Source: Sphingopyxis sp. (GTDB lineage Bacteria; Pseudomonadota; Alphaproteobacteria; Sphingomonadales; Sphingomonadaceae). Taken from it: a stretch of DNA of 64,000 nt. Made by a program: the position numbers and the translations under genes. The notes below the pieces were generated by a model, which searched no databases, had not been told where the DNA came from, and was given only the letters and a program-made list of their open reading frames with translations. Below are positions 27,024 through 39,170 of the stretch, in pieces. Where the stretch lies: the NCBI RefSeq assembly GCF_035250425.1, contig NZ_DATFFD010000011.1, forward strand, positions 5,990-69,989. Direction: 5' to 3'. The stretch's first letter is position 1; every line of letters starts with the position of its first letter.

Positions 27024-28334
27024 TCACCTGCCGAAATTGACAGGGCGAGGCCATAGCCCCTTCGCCGCCTGGCTGCGTGCATCAGCGAGGCTTAGCACGT
27101 CGGCAAAGCCTCCCGTACGCGCAGCATCGGTGCTGTTGTGGCGCTCTATTTCGAGGCGCCCGAGCTGGTTTCTGTGAACTTCGTCTGGCCCGTCCGCGAG
27201 CCGCAACAGACGTGCCGTTGCGAATGCCGCAGTTAGGAAATGATCGTTGTTCGTTCCGCCCCCGCCGAACAGTTGCATGGCCCAGTCTATGACTTGCTGC
27301 GCCATGCGCGGGGCGGCGATCTTGATCATTGCGATTTCGCGACGCGCCGCCTTGTTGCCGTCGGAATCCATCATGCACGCCGCCTTCATCGTAAGCAGGC
27401 GGCACTGCTCGATCATGATGCGGGCTTCGGCGATTCGCTCGAGCGTGACAGTCTGTTCGGACAGAGGGCGACCGAACGGTTCGCGCATCGTGGCCCGGCG
27501 GCACATGCGTTCGAGGATGCGCTCTGCCAGTCCGATGAGGCGCATACAGTGGTGAATACGGCCAGGGCCAAGGCGGCCTTGGGCAATTTCGAAACCCCGT
27601 CCCTCGCCGAGTAGCATATTGCTGGCGGGAACGCGCACATCATCGAAAACGACTTCGGCCGCCCGGTCAGGCACTCCGTAAAAGCCGAAGACGGGAAGGG
27701 CGCGGATGACTTCAACTCCGGTGGTCGCACGCGGCACGAGGATCATCGACTGCCGCCTGTACGGGTCGGTTTCGTCTCCGCCGTTCTTGCCCATCACGAT
27801 CATGATTTCGCAGCGCGGATGGGTTGCGTTGGTAGTGTACCATTTCCGCCCGTTGATCACATAGTCATCGCCATCGCGCACGATCGAGCAGCTTATGTTG
27901 GTGGCGTCCGATGAAGCTTGGTCTGGCTCCGTCATAGCGAAAGCGGATCGGATTTCGCCACGGAGCAATGGCTCAAGCCATCGGGCTTTTTGCGCGTCGG
28001 TGCCGTAGCGGAGAATGGTTTCCATATTCCCGGTATCGGGGGCGGAACAGTTAAAGATCTCGGGTGCGAACAGGCTGCGTCCCATGATTTCGCAGAGTGG
28101 CGCATAGTCGGCATTGGACAGTCCGTCAGGGCATTCACTCGCAGGCAAAAACAGGTTCCACAAGCCCGCGGCACGTGCGAGCTGCTTAGTTTCCTCGACG
28201 ACCGGATAAACGGCCCAAGGGCCGAGACGCTCGGCCTCGAGATAATAGCGGCGCTCTTGCGGATAGATGTGCGCTGCCATGAAATCCTCAAGCAGCGTCG
28301 CGGTCACCGTCGCATCGTGGCGAGTCCGATTCAT
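27024..28334 (-). CDS. Acyl-CoA dehydrogenase (ACAD10/11 C-terminal, LvaC-like)
   Basis: [61 protein letters not shown]. Confidence 0.9.
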   Translation of the reverse strand: MNRTRHDATVTATLLEDFMAAHIYPQERRYYLEAERLGPWAVYPVVEETKQLARAAGLWNLFLPASECPDGLSNADYAPLCEIMGRSLFAPEIFNCSAPDTGNMETILRYGTDAQKARWLEPLLRGEIRSAFAMTEPDQASSDATNISCSIVRDGDDYVINGRKWYTTNATHPRCEIMIVMGKNGGDETDPYRRQSMILVPRATTGVEVIRALPVFGFYGVPDRAAEVVFDDVRVPASNMLLGEGRGFEIAQGRLGPGRIHHCMRLIGLAERILERMCRRATMREPFGRPLSEQTVTLERIAEARIMIEQCRLLTMKAACMMDSDGNKAARREIAMIKIAAPRMAQQVIDWAMQLFGGGGTNNDHFLTAAFATARLLRLADGPDEVHRNQLGRLEIERHNSTDAARTGGFADVLSLADARSQAAKGLWPRPVNFGR

Positions 28335-28358
28335 AACTTCTCTCCCCGAGTCTTGTTA

Positions 28359-28371
28359 AATGTCCTACAAT
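28359..28371. promoter_or_regulatory. Module A operator
   Basis: AATGTCCTACAAT, 12/13, between the divergent ACAD and phosphotransferase genes. Confidence 0.7.
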
Positions 28372-28424
28372 CTGTAATGACAATCTGCAAGCGTGACGGG
28401 ACAGTCGCCGATCAGGGAAGAGGA

Positions 28425-29552
28425 ATGGGCGCCATGGCAGAAGGCATCGATACACCGGCGTACGGCGAACTTGACGCTGCGGCACCGGAAACGAGCCAGC
28501 GGCCCGAAACGACATCCGTCGCTCTGTCACAGGAGGCAAGCCAGTGGCTTGCCGCTAATGTGGAAGGTTTTGCGGGACGGGGACGCGTTGCCAAATTCGG
28601 ATTTGGGCAATCCAATCCGACCTTCCGTCTCGATGGCGATAGCGGTTCTTTCGTGCTGCGGCGCAAGCCCCCCGGCGTGCTCCTCCCGGGGGCTCATGCG
28701 ATCGAGAGGGAGTTTCGCGTCCTCCAGGCGATTGCAGACACCGTCGTTCCGGCCCCGCGCGTATTTGCCTTATGCGAGGACGATAGACTGCTGGGCGCGC
28801 CTTTTTACGTCATGGAACTGGTCGAAGGTCGGCTTTTCTACGACCAGCGCATGCCGGGTGTCGAACCAGAAGCCCGGCGTGCATTGTTCGAGGCGATGTG
28901 CCGTGCTGTCGCAAGCCTCCATTCGGTTGATCCCGCCGGGGTCGGGCTTGCGGACTACGGTCGCGCCGAGGGGTTTCTGGGCCGGCAGGTCGCGCTCTGG
29001 ACGCGGCAATATCGCGCCAGCGAAACAAGGCGGATTCCGGCCATGGAGCAACTCATCGACTGGCTGCCCCGCAACCTGCCTGAGGATCAGGCGGCGCGCA
29101 TCTTCCACGGGGATTTGAGGCTCGATAACATGATCTTCCATCCGAGCGAGCCGCGAGTGACTGCGCTGCTCGACTGGGAACTTTCGACGCTGGGAGACCC
29201 GTTGGCGGACTTCGCCTACCATAGCATCGCCTGGTGGATCGAAGCCGACTTGTTCCGCGGTTTCGCGGATCTTGACCGGGTGGCGATGGGCATTCCCGAA
29301 TGGCCCGATTATCTGCAACTCTATCTCGACCTGTCGGGCAGGACCGACCGGCCCGACTGGGACTTTTATCTGGCGTTCGCATTTTTTCGTATCGCCGCGA
29401 TCCTCCAGGGCGTCCGCCGCCGCGCCGAAACCGGTCAGGCGAGCAGCGCTGATGCCGCTCACGTCGGTGCCAAAGCCGAACCCCTTGCGAAGCTCGGCTG
29501 GGCGATCGCCGTGGCTGGCCATGGGGCGACCGCCCCGGGAGGCCGTTCATGA
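28425..29552 (+). CDS. APH-family phosphotransferase (ACAD10/11 N-terminal, LvaA-like)
   Basis: FGFGQSNPTF, VLRRKPPG.LLPGAHAIEREF, HGDLRLDN, LDWELSTLGDPLAD. Start 28425 or 28434. Confidence 0.88.
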   Translation: MGAMAEGIDTPAYGELDAAAPETSQRPETTSVALSQEASQWLAANVEGFAGRGRVAKFGFGQSNPTFRLDGDSGSFVLRRKPPGVLLPGAHAIEREFRVLQAIADTVVPAPRVFALCEDDRLLGAPFYVMELVEGRLFYDQRMPGVEPEARRALFEAMCRAVASLHSVDPAGVGLADYGRAEGFLGRQVALWTRQYRASETRRIPAMEQLIDWLPRNLPEDQAARIFHGDLRLDNMIFHPSEPRVTALLDWELSTLGDPLADFAYHSIAWWIEADLFRGFADLDRVAMGIPEWPDYLQLYLDLSGRTDRPDWDFYLAFAFFRIAAILQGVRRRAETGQASSADAAHVGAKAEPLAKLGWAIAVAGHGATAPGGRS

Positions 29553-30907
29553 CAGGCGTGAGCGATAATTCACTTGGCGGCGCCCAGGCAGGCGCCGCGC
29601 GTGGAGCGCGGCCTAGGCTGACCGGCGGACAGGTCTATCTTCTTGGTCTGTTGATGGTCATCAACATGTTCAACATGCTCGATCGCTATGTGATCAACAT
29701 CGTCGCCGAACCGATCAAGCGCGAACTGGCGCTTAGTGATGCGCAAATCGGTATCATGACCGGAATCGGTTTTGCGCTCACCTATGCGATTGCCGGAGTC
29801 GCGGTGGCGCGGCTCGCCGACCGCATGAACCGACCATGGTTGATCGCGGGGAGCGTCACTATCTGGTCCGCCTTCACGGGATTGAGTTCGGCAGCTCAGT
29901 CATTCGCACAGCTTCTGATCTGCCGCTTTGGCGTGGCGTTCGGCGAAGCCGGTTGTACGCCGGCAGCTCATGCCCTGATCGTAGACTCGGTTCCGCGCGA
30001 GTCGCGCGCATCGGCGATCGCCATATATTCGATCGGTGCGCCGCTCGGCCTGCTGCTGGGCATGGGCGTTGGCGGTCTCGTGGCGCAGGCCTATGGGTGG
30101 CGGATGGCGTTTGTCGTCGCAGCCGTGCCCGGTGTCGTGCTTGCGCTTCTGGCCGCGCTGACGATCCGCGAGCCGCGCGTGCGCTCGTCCCGCATTCCGG
30201 CGGATCGTGTCTCGCTCAAGGAAGCCCTCGGGATGGTGCGCGTGAAGCGAACCTATTGGTTTGCGTGTGCGGGATATGGCTGCGTCCTCATGGTATCGTT
30301 CGGGCTGTCCGCTTTTTCTGCGCCCTATTTTCTGCGCAACCATGAGGCGGAGATCGGAGTGCTCGCTGCAACGATCGGTTCGCATTTCGGGGTCGCGATG
30401 AAGCCGCTGGGCTTTCTTGGCATCGCGCTCGGCCTGACATATGGCCTTTCGGGCGCATTCGGTACCTGGTTGGGCGGCTATGTGAGCGATGCGCTCGGCC
30501 GCGTTGACATGCGGCGTGCGTTGTGGCCCAACATAGTCGGCAATCTGCTGGCCGCCGGCTTTTTTGTCGCCGGCTTTACCGCAGACTCGGTTGTTGTCGC
30601 ACTCATCCTGCTGACGATCGGGCAGATCGCGCTCGCGTCATCCGCAGCGCCCTTCTTTGCGACGATCCAAGGGATAACCCCCGCTCCGATCCGCGCCACA
30701 TCGGCTGCGATCGCTCTCTTGGTGATCAATCTCATGGGAAGCATGGGGCCGCTGGTAGTCGGCATGGCTTCGGATTTGGCGAGCGTGCGTCAAGGCGAGG
30801 GAGGGGGCGTTCGCACCGGCCTCTATTGCGTCATTGCGATGTCTGCCATGGCCGCCTGGCTTTTCTATCTGTCGTCGCGAACGGTGACGCGCGACGCCGA
30901 ATTTTGA
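29549..30907 (+). CDS. MFS transporter (spinster-like)
   Basis: About 12 hydrophobic segments, DRYVINIVAEPIKREL.LSDAQIG, GEAGCTPAAHALI. ATGA overlap. Confidence 0.9.
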   Translation: MTGVSDNSLGGAQAGAARGARPRLTGGQVYLLGLLMVINMFNMLDRYVINIVAEPIKRELALSDAQIGIMTGIGFALTYAIAGVAVARLADRMNRPWLIAGSVTIWSAFTGLSSAAQSFAQLLICRFGVAFGEAGCTPAAHALIVDSVPRESRASAIAIYSIGAPLGLLLGMGVGGLVAQAYGWRMAFVVAAVPGVVLALLAALTIREPRVRSSRIPADRVSLKEALGMVRVKRTYWFACAGYGCVLMVSFGLSAFSAPYFLRNHEAEIGVLAATIGSHFGVAMKPLGFLGIALGLTYGLSGAFGTWLGGYVSDALGRVDMRRALWPNIVGNLLAAGFFVAGFTADSVVVALILLTIGQIALASSAAPFFATIQGITPAPIRATSAAIALLVINLMGSMGPLVVGMASDLASVRQGEGGGVRTGLYCVIAMSAMAAWLFYLSSRTVTRDAEF

Positions 30908-31010
30908 TCGCAATCGCGCATAGCCGGGAGACCGTTCGCGATCGACGGCCTTTCGCTCTGGGATCGTCCTTCGCAAATGAGCGCCCGCGCATCCGCGCGG
31001 CTCGCCGCGT

Positions 31011-31736
31011 TTAGGGTTCGGGTGCGAACGCACGATCGGGCAAGGCGGACACGCGCGCGCGCGTAAAATCAACATGGCGCCGTCCGGCAGCTTCGGCGGC
31101 AAGCTCGTCTCCCGAAAGAATGGCTTCGGTGAGCTGAATGAAGTCTCCGGGCTGCTCGGAGTCCGCCGCGCGGCCGAACGTTCTGAGCTGCACCCGCATG
31201 ATGTGGGTGTGCGCATCGGGGAAAAGGCTGCGCAATTCCTGATTTTGCGACATGCGCACGATGAAGCGGTAGTAATTCTCGCGAACCCGCAGAAAATCGG
31301 GAAAGCTGCCGCCGCTGCTTTCGGGCGTCAGGTGCGCCTGGAGGTCCTTGAACGACTGGCGATCTTCGGGGCTCTTGAGGTTTCGGGCCGCGCCCCTGGC
31401 TGCAAGCCCGAGCATCACTTCGACAACGTCGAGAAGGTCGCCGACTTCCTGGCGCGTCAATTGTCTTACGACTGCTCCCCGGTTGGGAATGATCGTGACC
31501 ACGCCGGTAGAAGCCAGGCGATGGAGAACTTCGCGAATAGTGCCGCGGCCGACCCCGAAGCGATGCATCAGGTCCGGGGCGATAAGGCGCTGACCGGGTA
31601 CCAGGCTACCCTCGTAAAGACCTCGCAAAATACCTCGATAGGCCCGCTCGAACGGAGTGAGGGGCGGGGCGGCTTTCGGGTTCGCATCCCCTTCGCCGTT
31701 CGTATCAGAATGTCTCTGCCGATCTTCCAAATTCAT
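31011..31736 (-). CDS. GntR-family regulator, paralogue of 4786-5535
   Basis: PGQRLIAPDLMHRFGVGRGTIREVLHRL. The ORF-track extension to 32903 is antisense to the ACAD gene. Confidence 0.87.
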   Translation of the reverse strand: MNLEDRQRHSDTNGEGDANPKAAPPLTPFERAYRGILRGLYEGSLVPGQRLIAPDLMHRFGVGRGTIREVLHRLASTGVVTIIPNRGAVVRQLTRQEVGDLLDVVEVMLGLAARGAARNLKSPEDRQSFKDLQAHLTPESSGGSFPDFLRVRENYYRFIVRMSQNQELRSLFPDAHTHIMRVQLRTFGRAADSEQPGDFIQLTEAILSGDELAAEAAGRRHVDFTRARVSALPDRAFAPEP

Positions 31737-31908
31737 AGCTTCGTCCCGGACCGCTCCAGCGCGCACGGGCGGTCCAGTGCAGGTCCCCCGCCACCTGTGC
31801 ATATTTCCACATAGTTGCCCGGCGGCGATAACTGCTGAGGCCCGCTGCGCAACGTTTTTCTGGCTAGCAGCATTGCGCGCGATTGACCATGCCATGCAAT
31901 CATGCAAA

Positions 31909-31921
31909 ATAGTAGGACGAT
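31909..31921. promoter_or_regulatory. Module A operator
   Basis: ATAGTAGGACGAT, 11/13, between GntR2 and the beta-oxidation operon. Confidence 0.55.
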
Positions 31922-31940
31922 CTCTCTCTCTGGTGTACTC

Positions 31941-33752
31941 ATGATCATTGACAAGCGTGACTTTGACTTTCTCTTTGCCTGGCTCGACGTAGACACTCTT
32001 CTCAACCGTCCGCGCTTTTGCCACAGCGACCGGCAGATCGTCGATGCGGTCGTCTCGCTGGCTTGCGACCTTGGCGAAGGCGAGCTCGCCACCCATTTGC
32101 GCGCGTCGGATATGGTCGAACCGCAGCTCAACGAAGCCGGGCAGGTGCACGTGCTTCCCGCAGTCACAAAGGCAGTCGGCGAGATTGCCGACGCCGGCAT
32201 CTTCGGCATGGTTTTCGACGAGGACGAGGGAGGGCTGCAGCTTCCGCATATCGTCTATGCCGCGACGATGGGCGTGCTGATGAGCGCCAATCTGGGAACC
32301 GCTTCCTTTCTTCTTTTGACGGTCGCGAATGCCCGGCTTCTGACGAGCCATGCGAGCCGGGCCCAGACAACCCAATTTGCCCTGCCGCAAATCGCAGGCG
32401 AGGCGCTGGGGACGATGTGTCTGTCCGAACCGCACGCCGGATCGTCGCTTGGCGATATCCGTACGCGCGCGGTGCCTGATGGACGCGACGAATTCGGCGA
32501 TCGCTATCGTCTGCGTGGTAGCAAGATGTGGATTTCGGCGGGCGATCACGACGTCACGCCGAATATCGTGCATCTGGTTCTGGCGAAGGTTCCCGGCGCA
32601 AACGGGCAGCTGGAACCGGGATCGGGGACCATTTCGCTGTTCATTGTTCCCAAAATCCTTCCTGACGGCCAAGCGAACGATGTCGCGGTGGCGGGTCTCA
32701 ATCACAAGATGGGATACCGAGCCATTCCGAACTGCGCGCTGAACTTCGGCGAAGGCAGGGCGCGGCCGAGTGGTGCGGACGGGGCTGTTGGCTGGATGGT
32801 CGGAAAGCCGGGGCAGGGCTTGCCCCAGATGTTCCAGATGATGAACGAGGCCAGGATCAGCGTCGGCCTTTCGGGCGCGATGCTGGCGGTCCGGGGCTAT
32901 CAACTATCGCGCGACTATGCCCTCGAGCGGTTGCAAGGAAGAGTCTCGGGGACGGCCGCGGAACCGCAAGTGCCCATCATCGAGCATGCCGACGTAAAAC
33001 GCATGCTGCTGGCCCAGAAGGCGATCTCGCAAGGAGCGCTTGGCCTAGTGCTATTCTCCGCGCGCTTGCTCGACGACGAGAAGACGGCGGAAACGCCGGA
33101 GGCCCGGAGCGAGGCCGCCACGCTGCTGGCACTTCTGACGCCCGTCACGAAAACCTGGCCGTCCGAATGGGCGCAGCTGTCGCTGCATTACGCGCTCCAG
33201 ATTCATGGCGGCGCCGGATACACGCGCGATCACGACGTCGAACTCCTCTATCGCGACAATCGCCTCAATCCCATCCATGAGGGCACGACCGGCATTCAGG
33301 GGGTTGACCTCGTCGGCCGGAAGCTGCGGCGCGATGGGGGCGCGGCGTTTGCGATGCTCGCCGCCAGGATACGCGCAACGGTCGAGCGCGCCGAAGGGAT
33401 GACAGGCCTCGAAGGCGTGGGCGCGCAGGTCGAGATGGCGCTCGCATCGTTCGAAGCTGCGGTCGCGGTGCTTCTCGCCGAACCGGACAGTCGAACCGCG
33501 CTGGCGCATGGCACCCCGGTCCTTTTTGCGCTTGGCCATTTGGTAGTCGGCTGGCTCTGGCTCGATCAGGCGCTCGAGGCCCGGCATTTCTTGCAAGACG
33601 ACTCCTCCGCGTTCGACGCGAGCTTTCTGCAGGGGCGCATACGTGCGTGCCGCTTTTTCGCGGAATGTGAACTTCCGAAGGTATCGGTCTGGCTCGAACC
33701 GGTCCTCGCATCTTCGGACATCGTGCTGTCGGCGCCCGTCAGCGAATTTTGA
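31941..33752 (+). CDS. Acyl-CoA dehydrogenase (long, about 600 aa type)
   Basis: TMCLSEPHAGSSLGDI, GSKMWISAG, LNHKMG, MFQMMNEARI, QIHGGAGY, RLNPIHEGTTGIQG. Confidence 0.92.
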   Translation: MIIDKRDFDFLFAWLDVDTLLNRPRFCHSDRQIVDAVVSLACDLGEGELATHLRASDMVEPQLNEAGQVHVLPAVTKAVGEIADAGIFGMVFDEDEGGLQLPHIVYAATMGVLMSANLGTASFLLLTVANARLLTSHASRAQTTQFALPQIAGEALGTMCLSEPHAGSSLGDIRTRAVPDGRDEFGDRYRLRGSKMWISAGDHDVTPNIVHLVLAKVPGANGQLEPGSGTISLFIVPKILPDGQANDVAVAGLNHKMGYRAIPNCALNFGEGRARPSGADGAVGWMVGKPGQGLPQMFQMMNEARISVGLSGAMLAVRGYQLSRDYALERLQGRVSGTAAEPQVPIIEHADVKRMLLAQKAISQGALGLVLFSARLLDDEKTAETPEARSEAATLLALLTPVTKTWPSEWAQLSLHYALQIHGGAGYTRDHDVELLYRDNRLNPIHEGTTGIQGVDLVGRKLRRDGGAAFAMLAARIRATVERAEGMTGLEGVGAQVEMALASFEAAVAVLLAEPDSRTALAHGTPVLFALGHLVVGWLWLDQALEARHFLQDDSSAFDASFLQGRIRACRFFAECELPKVSVWLEPVLASSDIVLSAPVSEF

Positions 33753-33764
33753 GAGAGGACAATA

Positions 33765-34607
33765 ATGTCTCTTGCGGGAAAAACACTTTTCATCACCGGC
33801 GGCAGCCGGGGGATCGGGCTGTCTATCGCTGAGCGTGCTGCAAGGGACGGCGCCAACGTCATCATCGCAGCCAAGACGGCCGACCCCCACCCGAAGCTGC
33901 CGGGGACGATCTATAGCGCTGCCGAGGCGATCGAAAGCGCGGGCGGAAAGGCGATGCCGCTCATCCTCGACGTGCGCGATGCTGACGCCATCGAGCGTCA
34001 GGTGAACGAGGCCGCCAGCCGGTTCGGCGGTATCGATATTTGCGTGAACAATGCGTCGGCGATCAATCTCTCGCGCTCCGAAGACATCGCGGTGAGCCGG
34101 TTCGACCTGATCCAGCAAATCAACATGCGCGGCACCTTTCTGGTTTCGCGGGCCTGCGTCCCGTTCCTGCGCGAGGCGAAAAATCCGCATGTCCTCACGC
34201 TCTCTCCGCCGCTGACGATGCGCGCCGACTGGTTCGCGGACCATTTGCCGTACACATTGAGCAAATATGGAATGTCGATGGTGACATTCGGCATGGCCGA
34301 AGAATATCGCGAGGTCGGCGTCGCCTTCAATGCGCTGTGGCCCCGCACGACCATCGCCACCGCAGCCGTCGAATTCTCCCTGGGCGGCGACGAGATGATG
34401 CGCCGGTCGAGGCGCCCCGAAATCATGGCCGACGCCGCTTATGCCATCTTCCAGCGATCGGCCCGGGACTATTCGGGCAACTTCGTCCTCGACGAGGACA
34501 TTCTCCGCGAAGAGGGCATGACCGATTTCAGTGGTTACCGGTTCGATCCCGCCGAGCCGCTCGAGATCGACATTTTCGTCGCCGATGACGGACAGCCCGT
34601 CGCCTGA
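33765..34607 (+). CDS. SDR of the HSDL2/citronellol dehydrogenase-like family
   Basis: [45 protein letters not shown]. Confidence 0.88.
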   Translation: MSLAGKTLFITGGSRGIGLSIAERAARDGANVIIAAKTADPHPKLPGTIYSAAEAIESAGGKAMPLILDVRDADAIERQVNEAASRFGGIDICVNNASAINLSRSEDIAVSRFDLIQQINMRGTFLVSRACVPFLREAKNPHVLTLSPPLTMRADWFADHLPYTLSKYGMSMVTFGMAEEYREVGVAFNALWPRTTIATAAVEFSLGGDEMMRRSRRPEIMADAAYAIFQRSARDYSGNFVLDEDILREEGMTDFSGYRFDPAEPLEIDIFVADDGQPVA

Positions 34608-34635
34608 TCATTTTCTCTTGACTGCGAGTTTCCCG

Positions 34636-35856
34636 ATGCCATCCAACAACGAAGCCGTCATTGTTTCTGTCGCGCGCACCCCGATCGGAAAAGCCTATCG
34701 CGGCGCGTTCAACGACACCCAGCCCCAGGCCCTCGCGGGGCACGCAATCCAGCATGCCGTCGGTCGCGCGGGCGTGGATCTCGCCGACATCGACGATGTG
34801 GTCCTCGGCTGCGCGATGCAGCAGGGCGCGGCCCAGGGAAATATCGCCCGGCAGGCCGCGCTGCGCGCAGGCTTGCCGGCGACGGTCGCGGGCATGAGCA
34901 TTGATCGACAATGCGCATCCGGACTGATGGCGGTGGCAACGGCCGCCAAGCAGATCGTGGTCGACGGCATGGATGTCGTCGTGGCCGGCGGCGTCGAATC
35001 GATCTCGCTCGTCCAGAATAACCACATGAACATGTACCGCGCGCAGGATGCCTGGCTCACCGAGCGGCGGCCGGACCTTTACATGTCGATGCTCGAAACC
35101 GCCGAGATGGTCGCGCGGCGCTACGGCATCAGTCGCGAAGCTCAGGATGAGCTGGGGGCCGCGTCGCATCAGCGCGCGGCGGCGGCTGCCGCCGCAGGCC
35201 GGTTCGATGACGAAATCGTGCCGCTCCCTACCACGACGCTGGTGCCTGACAAGGCCAGCGGCACCACGACTCCCCGGGACGTCACGCTGGCGGGGGACGA
35301 AGGGATGCGCCCTGACACGACGGCCGCATCGATCGCCGCTCTTCCGCCTGCTTTCAAGGGTGGGCAAACCCTTGAGCCGGGCGGGTCGGTGACTGCCGGC
35401 AACAGCAGCCAGCTCTCCGACGGGGCCGCGGCCCTCGTGCTGATGCGGTCGGATGAAGCGGTCCGGCGAGGCTTGGCGCCGCTCGGGGCGTACCGCGGCA
35501 TGGCGGTAGCCGGCTGCGATCCGGACGAGATGGGCGTCGGGCCGGTCTTCGCCATTCCCAAGCTGCTCAAGGCCCATGGACTGAAAGTCTCGGATATCGA
35601 CCTTTGGGAGCTCAACGAGGCCTTCGCGAGCCAGGTAATCTATTGCCGCGACAAGCTCGAAATCCCGAACGATCGCCTCAACGTGTCGGGCGGAGCGATC
35701 GCGGTCGGCCATCCCTATGGGATGAGCGGCGCGCGCATGGCCGGCCACCTCCTGATCGAAGGGCGGCGCCGCAAGGCGAAATATGGTGTCGTGACGATGT
35801 GCGTCGGGGGCGGAATGGGCGCCGCCGGCCTGTTCGAAATCTTCCCGGGAGACTGA
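34636..35856 (+). CDS. Acetyl-CoA C-acyltransferase (thiolase)
   Basis: [28 protein letters not shown] catalytic motifs. Confidence 0.93.
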   Translation: MPSNNEAVIVSVARTPIGKAYRGAFNDTQPQALAGHAIQHAVGRAGVDLADIDDVVLGCAMQQGAAQGNIARQAALRAGLPATVAGMSIDRQCASGLMAVATAAKQIVVDGMDVVVAGGVESISLVQNNHMNMYRAQDAWLTERRPDLYMSMLETAEMVARRYGISREAQDELGAASHQRAAAAAAAGRFDDEIVPLPTTTLVPDKASGTTTPRDVTLAGDEGMRPDTTAASIAALPPAFKGGQTLEPGGSVTAGNSSQLSDGAAALVLMRSDEAVRRGLAPLGAYRGMAVAGCDPDEMGVGPVFAIPKLLKAHGLKVSDIDLWELNEAFASQVIYCRDKLEIPNDRLNVSGGAIAVGHPYGMSGARMAGHLLIEGRRRKAKYGVVTMCVGGGMGAAGLFEIFPGD

Positions 35857-35857
35857 T

Positions 35858-36631
35858 ATGTCAGACGTTTCCGTCGAAATGGTCGCTCCGCATGTCGCCC
35901 TCGTCACGATACGGAGGGCAGAGGCTCGGAATTCGGTGAACGCTGCCGTCGCGGCGGGGCTCGACCGCGCTGTCAAGCAGGTCGAGAGCGATCCCGACAT
36001 CTGGGTCGCGATATTGACCGGGGAAGGTGGGGTTGCGTTCAGCGCCGGTGCCGATCTCAAGGAAGTATCGGCGGGCAACATGCAGGGGTTGTACACGGCT
36101 GACGGCCAGTTCGCCGGTTTCGTCAAACATCCCCGCGACAAGGTCTGGATCGCCGCCGTTGAAGGATTTGCGCTTGCCGGAGGCTTCGAAATCGCGCTGG
36201 CCTGCGATCTGATCGTTTCAGCGGATCATTCGGTCTTTGCGCTTCCCGAGGTTACGCGTGGCCTCGTTGCCGCCGCCGGCGGGGTTTATAGGCTCGTTCG
36301 GGCCTTGCCGCGTGCTGTCGCACTGGAACTCATCGCGACAGGCGACCGGTTGCCCGCCTCGCGCGCTGCGGAGCTAGGACTCGTCAATCGGGTCGTTCCC
36401 AAGGGGGAAGCGGTTGCGGAAGCAACTGCTCTTGGCGTCCGAATCGCCGGGAACGCGCCAATAGCCGTCAGGGAAAGCCTTGGTGTCGCCCGGAGCGCGC
36501 TCGACCTTGATGATGACGCGCTCTTCTCGCGGGGTCTCGAGGCACAGTCGAGGGTCATGCTGACCGAAGACTTCAAGGAGGGACCCCGCGCCTTCATCGG
36601 AAAAAGAGCCCCCAACTGGGTCGGCCGCTGA
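35858..36631 (+). CDS. Enoyl-CoA hydratase
   Basis: AFSAGADLK, ALAGGFEIALACD, FALPEVTRGL. Confidence 0.9.
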   Translation: MSDVSVEMVAPHVALVTIRRAEARNSVNAAVAAGLDRAVKQVESDPDIWVAILTGEGGVAFSAGADLKEVSAGNMQGLYTADGQFAGFVKHPRDKVWIAAVEGFALAGGFEIALACDLIVSADHSVFALPEVTRGLVAAAGGVYRLVRALPRAVALELIATGDRLPASRAAELGLVNRVVPKGEAVAEATALGVRIAGNAPIAVRESLGVARSALDLDDDALFSRGLEAQSRVMLTEDFKEGPRAFIGKRAPNWVGR

Positions 36632-36666
36632 ACGCGCCCGACCATTTGCATTTCGCAGGAAGAAAT

Positions 36667-37998
<1,332 letters not shown>

Positions 37999-38084
37999 TG
38001 GGATGAATAGAGGTCTAGTTTCGTCACCTCGATCCCTTGCCATTTGGGTAGCTGCGAGGATGAGGATGGTGCGTATGACCTGGT

Positions 38085-38774
38085 ATGCGCGTGTTCCCTT
38101 TGGAGTCTGCGTGGACGGTGGGTAACAAAAACGCATATGGATCCCGTCTGTCCGAAGCGGCCGCCCGGCGCCGCCAAGCATTCATAGCGGCGGCGAGGGA
38201 CGCGTTTTTCACCCACGGTTATGGCGGAACGACGATGTCGGGGATCGCCGCGCGTGTCGGGGGATCCAAAACCACCCTCTGGTCGTATTTTTCTTCGAAG
38301 GAGCAGCTGTTCGCGGCCGTCGTCGATGACATTATCGAGCTTTACGGGGCGGCCCTTTCGGTTCCGCTGCCTGTCGACGAGCCGCCTCAGCTTGTACTTG
38401 AGCGATTTGGCTATGCTCTTGTCGCGACAATGGCGTCTCAACCAGTCCTCAGGCTTCACCGCCTGGTTATCGGTGAAGCCGAACGTTTTCCGGCCTTGGC
38501 GCAAGTGCTTTACGAAAAAGGGTTGCGGCGGGGCAGGGCCCGCCTCAAGAACTATTTTATGAGTTTGATGGCTCTTGGTCGCCTTCGCGACGGCGACCCT
38601 GGACGGGCTGCCGCCCAATTTGTCGGTCTCGTCCAGAGAGACCGGTTTCACCTCCAGCTCCTAGGTCAGTCGGACGATAGCGGCGAGAGCTCGGAGGAGG
38701 TCGCGGACGCCGTGACCGTCTTTCTCGCATTTTGGTCTAACGAGCCTCTCCAGCATGACGGGCGCGCGAGCTAA
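38085..38774 (+). CDS. TetR/AcrR-family regulator
   Basis: GYGGTTMSGIAARVGGSKTTLWSYFSSKEQLF HTH. The true start may be the GTG near 38118. Confidence 0.88.
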   Translation: MRVFPLESAWTVGNKNAYGSRLSEAAARRRQAFIAAARDAFFTHGYGGTTMSGIAARVGGSKTTLWSYFSSKEQLFAAVVDDIIELYGAALSVPLPVDEPPQLVLERFGYALVATMASQPVLRLHRLVIGEAERFPALAQVLYEKGLRRGRARLKNYFMSLMALGRLRDGDPGRAAAQFVGLVQRDRFHLQLLGQSDDSGESSEEVADAVTVFLAFWSNEPLQHDGRAS

Positions 38775-38893
38775 CACCGACAGACGGCGGACGCAGCTGT
38801 AAGGCTCAAGATTCGCGGCCTTTGCCCGGAGTGTGGGGCAGATGGCGCCGTTATGGAGCGACATCGGGCGCAACGGTGCCGCAACTCTACTAG

Positions 38894-39170
38894 GGTATGC
38901 CGATGCCTTATGGTTATAACGCGGAGGTTAACGCACAAGGCGGATATGCTGCAGCATCCTCGACAGTGCGTGCGCCTGTGCCGTTCATTCGAAGCTTGAG
39001 GAGGACAACCTTACACGACGCTTGAACTCAAGGTTTCGTATCGTCGTGCGATTACTGAAGCGAGCGGACCGGTGCGAGCCGAAGGTCGCATCATGACGAT
39101 CGGACGATCGGGCGTCACACCGCATCCGTGGAAGGCAAGCTGACCGACAACAAGGGAGAACTTTGCACAC
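38894..39170 (+). pseudogene. Degenerate PaaI/hotdog thioesterase
   Basis: Frameshifted pieces AQGGYAA / ILDSACACAVHSKL / GQPYTTLELKVSYRRAITEASGPVRAEGRIMTIGR / VEGKLTDNKG align with the intact gene at 56922-57389. 5' end is missing and is preceded by CTAG. Confidence 0.85.

Noticed and set aside
14882-32903. Apparent long fusion proteins (508-aa hydrolase, 544-aa kinase, 630-aa GntR)
   Set aside because: The N-terminal extensions overlap opposite-strand genes; internal ATGs with RBS give normal-sized proteins.
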